From NCBI GenBank assembly GCA_963771075.1, contig CAVYSE010000021.1:1-64000 (forward strand): DNA of 64,000 bases, given 5' to 3'. Below are positions 58,046 through 64,000 of this stretch, piece by piece. The notes under the pieces are model-generated. The model saw only the letters and a program-made list of their open reading frames with translations, was not told the DNA's origin and searched no databases. The position numbers and the translations under genes are program-made. Position 1 is the first letter of the stretch, and every line of letters starts with the position of its first letter. The stretch is from a candidate division FCPU426 bacterium. Lineage in GTDB: Bacteria; Oederibacteriota; Muellerivitia; Muellerivitales; Muellerivitaceae.

Positions 58046-58255
58046 TTGTTACAGCCTTAGAAGATGCCAATCCCACAGCTATGGCGAGGGCACCATAGCG
58101 GCCGCGCCTCAATTCCCTATCTTGGATCAACCCACTAATCTAAAAACCCTGAAAATCCAGGCCTTTTCCCTCCATCCCTTTTGGCACTCCCCTTGCGTTA
58201 CACCCTATCCAACAGCGGCCTATCTGAACTCGAACCGCTTGAGGAGAAGCACCGA

Positions 58256-58636
58256 ATGTCCCAAGAACCGATCCTGGTCATCGATGACAACCCAATGAAC
58301 CAAAAGCTAGAGAGGGTTTTATTGGAGATCGAGCAGTACCAGGTGAAAACCGCGAAAGACGCCCCTGACGCCTTTCGCGTCCTCGAATCCTTCATGCCCC
58401 GCCTGATCCTGATGGACCTTCAGATGCCCGGCATGGACGGTTTGGAATTGACGAACCGGTTGAAAAGCGATCCCCGCTACCGCGGCATCATCATCGTGAT
58501 GGTGAGCTCGGACGCCCAGAAGGGCGACGGGGACCGTGCCCGCGCGGCCGGATGCGACCTATACCTCACTAAACCCATCGACACCCAGGCCCTCCCGGGC
58601 CTGGTGGCGGGTTTTTTGAGAAAAAACCAGGCTTGA
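58256..58636 (+). CDS. Single-domain response regulator
   Basis: VIDD, LMDLQMPGMDG and TKPID motifs. Confidence 0.92.
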   Translation: MSQEPILVIDDNPMNQKLERVLLEIEQYQVKTAKDAPDAFRVLESFMPRLILMDLQMPGMDGLELTNRLKSDPRYRGIIIVMVSSDAQKGDGDRARAAGCDLYLTKPIDTQALPGLVAGFLRKNQA

Positions 58637-58667
58637 CGGGAAAAGCCCAACCCATGAGGAGGATGCC

Positions 58668-59369
58668 ATGTTGACCGCTTACAAACCGAATCTATCGTCC
58701 CTGAGATCCAGGATGAACCGGGGGTTCCTTGCCGGCCTGGACCTGTTCAAGGCCATCCCCGAAGAAGCCCTCGCCGGGTTGGAAAGGCATTTGGTTGAAA
58801 GGCGCTACGCGAGGAACGCATCCATCCTCCTCGAAGGGGACCCGGCTGAATCGGTGTGGTTCGTCAAGGAAGGCCGGGTGAAGGCCATGGCGAACGCGCC
58901 CAACGGCCGCTGTCAAACCCTTTGCCTGGCGGGTCCCCGGAGCCTTTTTGGAACCTGCTGCTGCCTGGCGGGCGGAAAGATCCCCTGTCATAGCGTCGCC
59001 GAAACGGAAGTGGTCGTGGTTTCCCTGCCGCTCCAGGAATTCCGGGACCTGATGGCCCGATATCCCGCCCTGGCGGCCAACCTGTTAGGGCTCATCAGCG
59101 ACCGCCTGCGCCAATCCAAGGACATGCAGACCTTCGACCAGGAAAGCGTGGAAAAACGCATCCTCCACGTCCTGGTAAACCTGGTCGCTGAATACGGGAA
59201 CACCATCCCCTTGACCCGCCGGGAGATCGCCGAGATCACGGGCACGACCGTGGAAACCAGTATTCGTACCTTCCTCCGCTTGGAAGCCGAGGGGGTCGTC
59301 GGCACAGGCCGCGGCAAGATCATGGTCCATAGCGTTCAAAGCCTGATGGACCGGATGGAAGAAATTTAA
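58668..59369 (+). CDS. Crp/Fnr-family regulator
   Basis: cNMP domain plus HTH LTRREIAEITGTTVETSIR; Cys-rich GTCCC. Confidence 0.92.
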   Translation: MLTAYKPNLSSLRSRMNRGFLAGLDLFKAIPEEALAGLERHLVERRYARNASILLEGDPAESVWFVKEGRVKAMANAPNGRCQTLCLAGPRSLFGTCCCLAGGKIPCHSVAETEVVVVSLPLQEFRDLMARYPALAANLLGLISDRLRQSKDMQTFDQESVEKRILHVLVNLVAEYGNTIPLTRREIAEITGTTVETSIRTFLRLEAEGVVGTGRGKIMVHSVQSLMDRMEEI

Positions 59370-59379
59370 GGAAAGGGGA

Positions 59380-59565
59380 ATGAAAATGGAATATTCAAGT
59401 GAAAAACCCACCCAGGCGCCAAGAAAGAACAAAGCCGATCGGAAGGCAGGAACCAGGTACCCCCATTTCCCCGACAAGGCCATGGAAATCCTGAGGGATT
59501 CCCCCAATCCGCTATTCCGGTCGGCGGACTTGGCCTGGGTGATCGTCAAGGGAAAGGGACGCTGA
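59380..59565 (+). CDS. Small hypothetical protein
   Basis: 61-aa co-oriented ORF with a purine-rich RBS. Confidence 0.35.
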   Translation: MKMEYSSEKPTQAPRKNKADRKAGTRYPHFPDKAMEILRDSPNPLFRSADLAWVIVKGKGR

Positions 59566-59566
59566 G

Positions 59567-59923
59567 ATGAACCCGAAGGAGGGGAACATGACGAGGGATC
59601 AGCAAAAAATCGTATGGAAGAGGATGAACGCCTTGATCCAGGAATTCGAGGTGGACCGGCTCAGCTTCAGGGGATTGGTGGAAAGGCTCATGCTGGTCAT
59701 GGACCCCTCGATCTTCCAGGAGGGGAACGTCGTTCAAACCTGGTACGGGCATTGGATCCGCCTGTGGAACCTGTCGACGGCCTGGCAGCCCGGGATGAGC
59801 GACCACCTGGAACTGATCGGCCTTTTCGTATCGGACTTGCGGGCCTTCATTTCCGGGGAGATCACCAAGCTGGAACTGGAGGGTGAATCCCGGAACTTCC
59901 AATACAGGGAAATGGCCGGTTAG
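59567..59923 (+). CDS. Hypothetical protein
   Basis: 118-aa ORF; GGAGG before the second ATG. Confidence 0.55.
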   Translation: MNPKEGNMTRDQQKIVWKRMNALIQEFEVDRLSFRGLVERLMLVMDPSIFQEGNVVQTWYGHWIRLWNLSTAWQPGMSDHLELIGLFVSDLRAFISGEITKLELEGESRNFQYREMAG

Positions 59924-59930
59924 GCCATAG

Positions 59931-61313
59931 TTAGAGGGCGTACTTTTTAACTTTTAAGTGAAGGGTTTTGTAATCGGTCTTCAGCAGTTTGGACGCCTTG
60001 CTCTTGTTGCCCCCAACGGAACGCAGGGCGTGGGCGATGGCTTGGCGTTCGGCGGCGTCCACCGCCTTTTCGGCGACCTGCTTGAGCGACAAGCCCGGCG
60101 TCAGGGGCACCTCCACCGGTCCGGGGCTTTCCTGTCCATCCTTTTTACCGATAAAAGCCCTAACCGATTTCTCGTCCAAAACCGGCCCCGTGGACAACAA
60201 CACCGCCTGGCGGACCACGTTCCTCAGTTCCCGGATATTCCCCGGCCAGGCGTGGGCCGAGAGCAGTTCCAGGGCCCCCGGCGAAAGGCCAGCCGCGCCC
60301 TTGCGCAGTTCCAGCGCGGCCTCCTGGGTGAACCGCCCGGCCAAGAGGGGGATATCCGACCGGCGTTCCCTTAAAGGGGGGAGGTTCAGGGTGAACTCGG
60401 CCAGGCGGTAGTAAAGGTCCTGCCGGAAACGGCCGGTGCGCGCCTCTTCCTCCAGGGGAGCGTTCGTGGCGGCGATGAAACGCACGTCAATGGCAAAACC
60501 CCTGTCGGCCCCCACGGGTTTCACCTGGCGTTCCTGCAAAACCCGCAACAGTTTGGCCTGCAGGCCCAGGGGCAGGTTCCCCACCTCGTCCAGCAACAGC
60601 GTGCCTCCCCGGGCCTGGAAGAGCAGTCCTTCTTTTTTACGCTCCGCCCCCGTGAAGGCCCCCTTCTCGTGGCCGAACAGCTCGGATTCCAAAAGGTTCT
60701 CCGCCAAGGCCCCGCAGTCCAGCGCCACGAAAGGCCCATCACGCCGGGAGCTTTCCGCATGCAGCGCCCGGGCCGCCAGTTCCTTGCCCGTCCCCGTTTC
60801 TCCCTGGATCAGGACCGTCAAAAGGGAATCCGCCACCTTTTCAATCTGCCCGATGACCCTTTGGACCTCCTCGCTATTGCCCAGGATGCGGCTCAAGGCC
60901 CCGTCCCGGGTGGCCCCCCGCCTCAGCCTTTCCATGCGGGCCAGGAGTTCTCCCTTTTCCAGCGCCCTCTGTAGGGTCACCCGCAACTGGTCCGCGTCAA
61001 AGGGTTTGGTCAGGTAATGGAAGGCTCCCAGCCGCACGGCCCGCAGGGCCGTTTCCGCGTCGTTATGGCTGGTCAGCATCACCACCGGCAGGTGGGGCGA
61101 GAAGGCCTTGAGCTTTTCCAGTACCTGCAAACCGTCCAGGTCCGGCAAGTTCAAGTCCAGCAAAACGGCGTCGGGAATGGATTGGGCGGCCTTCACCAGG
61201 GCCTCCCGGCCCGTCTCGGCCTCGGTCAGGGCGTAGCCCTCTTTTCCGCCCAGCACGGCCCGCAGGAGCTTGCGGCCCAAGGTCTCGTCGTCAACGATCA
61301 GGATCTTTTTCAT
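59931..61313 (-). CDS. Sigma54-dependent NtrC-family response regulator
   Basis: Receiver domain, GETGTGKE, GAFTGA and Fis-type HTH. Confidence 0.95.
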   Translation of the reverse strand: MKKILIVDDETLGRKLLRAVLGGKEGYALTEAETGREALVKAAQSIPDAVLLDLNLPDLDGLQVLEKLKAFSPHLPVVMLTSHNDAETALRAVRLGAFHYLTKPFDADQLRVTLQRALEKGELLARMERLRRGATRDGALSRILGNSEEVQRVIGQIEKVADSLLTVLIQGETGTGKELAARALHAESSRRDGPFVALDCGALAENLLESELFGHEKGAFTGAERKKEGLLFQARGGTLLLDEVGNLPLGLQAKLLRVLQERQVKPVGADRGFAIDVRFIAATNAPLEEEARTGRFRQDLYYRLAEFTLNLPPLRERRSDIPLLAGRFTQEAALELRKGAAGLSPGALELLSAHAWPGNIRELRNVVRQAVLLSTGPVLDEKSVRAFIGKKDGQESPGPVEVPLTPGLSLKQVAEKAVDAAERQAIAHALRSVGGNKSKASKLLKTDYKTLHLKVKKYAL

Positions 61314-61716
61314 TATTCTCCAAAAAAGCGGAAGTGTTATTTTTTTCGCCGTTCAAATATCCCGCCAGCAGCGCAGGCAGGGTTTGGGTATCGATGGGTT
61401 TGGCGATATAACCGTCACAGCCGGCCGCCCGGGCCTTTTCCTCGTCGCCCTTCATGGCATAGGCAGTGAGCGCCAGGATCAGGATTGAGGAAGTTTTCGG
61501 GTCCCCCTTCAGCCGCCGGGTCAGCGTGAGTCCGTCCATCCCGGGAAGCTGGAGGTCCATCAGGATCAGGCGTGGCCGGGAGTTTTCCAGGTACTTCAAG
61601 GCCTCCTCTGCGTCCTGGGCCGTGGCCACCCCGTAACCCTCCCCTTCCAGCATGACCTTGGTCAGCTTGAGGTTTAGGTAGTTGTCGTCCACGACCAAAA
61701 TCAATTCCCCCGGCAT
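61291..61716 (-). CDS. Single-domain response regulator (DivK-like)
   Basis: VVDD, MDLQLPGMDG, TAYAMKGD and KPID motifs. Confidence 0.92.
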   Translation of the reverse strand: MPGELILVVDDNYLNLKLTKVMLEGEGYGVATAQDAEEALKYLENSRPRLILMDLQLPGMDGLTLTRRLKGDPKTSSILILALTAYAMKGDEEKARAAGCDGYIAKPIDTQTLPALLAGYLNGEKNNTSAFLENNEKDPDR

Positions 61717-61825
61717 TTGTTCCCCCCGGCTCTTCCCAAACCGTGCTGGCCACGCGGACAAAGGGTCCCAGGGAAACTTCCTAGTGCCCCCTGTGTCTCT
61801 GGTGTGAAAAATTTGTTTGGGTTAT

Positions 61826-63064
61826 TTACGCTCCCGCCTTCGTCTCGAAGGGGAGCACAGCGAAAAAGACGCTTCCCTTCCCCGGCTCGCTCCGTACCCC
61901 CACCTTCCCGCCCTGGGCCTCCACGATGCTTTTCGTCAGGGCCAGCCCCAGCCCGGTTCCGGCGTATTTTTTGGCCGAACCCGCGTCCAGCTGTTGGAAT
62001 TCCACGAAGAGTTTGGGCAAGTCCTCTCTCTTGATCCCGATTCCCGAATCCTCCACCTCCAGCCGAAAATGGCCCTCTTCCTCCCGGTGGATCCTCAAGG
62101 TCACAATCCCTCCCTCGGGGGAAAACTTGAGGGCGTTGGAAAGGAAGTTGTAAAGCACCTGCTTGAGCTTGGAAGGGTCCAGCAGGGCCGATGGAAGGCC
62201 CGGGGAAATCTCCAGGTCGATCTGGATCCGCTTCTGGGCGGCCAGCCCCCGCAATATGTCTTTCACCTCGGCGGCGACCTTGGAAAGGTCGATCACTTCG
62301 GGCCTGAATTCCATCTTGCCCGCCTCCACCTTGGTCAGGTCCAGGACGTCGTTGATCAGGCGCAGGAGGTGCCGGGCGCTGGTAAGGATGTCGCCCAGGT
62401 ATTCCTTCTGGTCCGGCGCCATGTCCCCCACCTTGCCGTTCACCATCAGTTCGGAGAAACCGATGATGGCGTTCAGGGGAGTCCTCAGCTCGTGGGACAT
62501 GTTGGCCAAAAACTCGCTCTTGAGGCGGTTGGTCTCCTGGATGCGGCGGTTCTCCTCCTCCAGTTGGCGTTTGCGTTCGGTGGTGTCGCGGATCGCGGCG
62601 GTCACATAGACTCCCTGATCCGTTTCCAGGGGGCTGAGGGAGATCTCGGCGGGAAACTCGGTCCCGTCCTTGCGCAAGGCGTAGAGGTCCAACCCCGCTC
62701 CCATGGGCCGTGCCTTGGGGGTGGAGAAATAACTATCCCTTTTGGCCGGGTGCATGTTCCGGAACCGCGGTGGAACGAGCTTTTCCATCGGCTCTCCGAG
62801 GAGTTCGGCCCTTTTCCAGCCGAAAAGGGCCTCGGTTTGGGCGTTCACGATAAGGATGCGGCCATGCTGGCCCACGATGATCATGGCATCGGGCGCGGCT
62901 TCCAAGATACCCCTGAATAGAGCCGCCTGGTCGGGGGCCCCTAAAAAGCTTTTTGTTTTCTTTTTCTTGTTTGGTTGGGTACGCGTTGCGCGATGGACTT
63001 GGCGTGGCTTGATTTTTTTCAAAAGCCGGCTCCCCCGAACCAGGAAATGATTCAACGGGGCCAA
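61826..63064 (-). CDS. PAS-domain sensor histidine kinase
   Basis: PAS domain, SHELRTPL, NFLSNALKF, DSGIG and GTGLGL motifs. Confidence 0.95.
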   Translation of the reverse strand: MAPLNHFLVRGSRLLKKIKPRQVHRATRTQPNKKKKTKSFLGAPDQAALFRGILEAAPDAMIIVGQHGRILIVNAQTEALFGWKRAELLGEPMEKLVPPRFRNMHPAKRDSYFSTPKARPMGAGLDLYALRKDGTEFPAEISLSPLETDQGVYVTAAIRDTTERKRQLEEENRRIQETNRLKSEFLANMSHELRTPLNAIIGFSELMVNGKVGDMAPDQKEYLGDILTSARHLLRLINDVLDLTKVEAGKMEFRPEVIDLSKVAAEVKDILRGLAAQKRIQIDLEISPGLPSALLDPSKLKQVLYNFLSNALKFSPEGGIVTLRIHREEEGHFRLEVEDSGIGIKREDLPKLFVEFQQLDAGSAKKYAGTGLGLALTKSIVEAQGGKVGVRSEPGKGSVFFAVLPFETKAGA

Positions 63065-63182
63065 TAGTAGTCACAGTTGATACTCGTTCTCAAGATGGTC
63101 GAAGAATAAAAAATGACTGATTTTTGGCCTGAAAAACTGATTGGCAAAAAGGAAGATTCGAGTTTAAGGAGGAAGTGCGGCT

Positions 63183-64000
63183 TTACGTCGTCGACAAGGG
63201 ATCGTTCATCCGGCCCATGAACAGCACGGTGTTCGACGCGTTATCCACGATCATGAAGATGAAGGGATGGTCGCAAACGAAGGGGATTGGAGGAGGTGTG
63301 TAGGTAACAATCATAACAGTAACACCAACGACAACCCCCGTCGCGGCGGCGGCGACCGTACCTGTCTCCGTCACATCCACATAGGCCTGATGCACCACAT
63401 CGGTGATGTACAAATTATTGGTGCCATCCATATTCCAGAAATTAGCGCCAATAAGCGTTGTGGGCCCTGGGCGCGTAAAGGCCAAAGGCATCATTGCCGT
63501 CAGGTTGCTGGTTAAGTCGTAATTCGTGGAAAAGGTGAACCTGGGAAGGGCCAAGGCCACCTGGGTGCCCGAGGTGGCGTTCAGGGTGGTCGCGTTCGCG
63601 GTTAAAAACGCGTTGATGTTGGAACCTGTCATGAGTCCTTCCAGTGTCGACATCCCACCCACGGGCGGCAGGAAGATATACATGGAAGCCCCATTGCCCG
63701 TGTAAGGAAGGGCGATGACGCTGGCCGCCCCGTTATAGGTGCCCAGGTTGGCCCCCAAGGTCTGGTGCATCATGCTGACCGATTCGGTCGCGCCGGTGCC
63801 CATCGTGAAGGTTTGCGGAGTCGTTCCCGTGGTCACGAATTTACTTAGCCAATCGGCGTGGAAATAGATGGCGTTCGTGATCACAAGCCGGGTGTAGGGC
63901 GTGAAATTTGCAGGAGACAAAAGATTGGGAATATGGCCATAAGTTTCTTGCGAAACAGCCCCGTCGATCGTCTGGGCCGCGCCCGAGGGGTTATTCACGA
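63183..64000 (-). CDS. Serpin, 5' part outside the window
   Basis: NAIYFHADW, LPRF, hinge ETGTVAAAAT and DHPFIFMI...LFMGR motifs. Confidence 0.93.
   Translation of the reverse strand, partial: VNNPSGAAQTIDGAVSQETYGHIPNLLSPANFTPYTRLVITNAIYFHADWLSKFVTTGTTPQTFTMGTGATESVSMMHQTLGANLGTYNGAASVIALPYTGNGASMYIFLPPVGGMSTLEGLMTGSNINAFLTANATTLNATSGTQVALALPRFTFSTNYDLTSNLTAMMPLAFTRPGPTTLIGANFWNMDGTNNLYITDVVHQAYVDVTETGTVAAAATGVVVGVTVMIVTYTPPPIPFVCDHPFIFMIVDNASNTVLFMGRMNDPLSTT

Noticed and set aside
1..64000. tRNA or rRNA genes
   Set aside because: None recognised by eye. A tRNAscan/Infernal run would be needed to exclude them formally.

Overview
Bacterial genomic window with three zones. (1) Positions 1-15140 are an accessory region. 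It starts with a frameshifted IS1595-family element and a fragmented membrane-protein gene. It then carries an ~11.5 kb array of co-oriented one- or two-gene modules (BrnTA and VapBC toxin-antitoxin pairs, AraC plus hemerythrin, GNAT, ATP pyrophosphatase, membrane proteins). Each module is followed by a copy of a conserved, directly oriented 28-bp quasi-palindrome, TGTCCACGAyG-GGGACC-CrnnnTGGACA (11 full copies and 1 half copy). The layout is integron-cassette-like, but the sites are not attC and look more like 11-6-11 tyrosine-recombinase sites. A group II intron sits antisense at the edge of one site, an IS110/IS1111-like element lies in one module, and a 53-bp direct repeat brackets the array. 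No recombinase gene is present in the window. (2) Positions ~15200-54100 hold mostly housekeeping genes (mtnA, PNP, yggU/yggT/proC/yggS, secDF, trxA, thpR-cinA-pgpA-pgsA-rimO, bioA). They also hold three large secreted glycan-active proteins (GH116, GH5, expansin-like) with Thr/Pro linkers and a shared C-terminal domain. (3) Positions ~54200-64000 hold a second VapBC pair, duplicated transposon remnants around a Sel1/TPR gene, a two-component/sigma54/Crp cluster and a partial serpin. All calls come from reading the sequence; no database searches were run.
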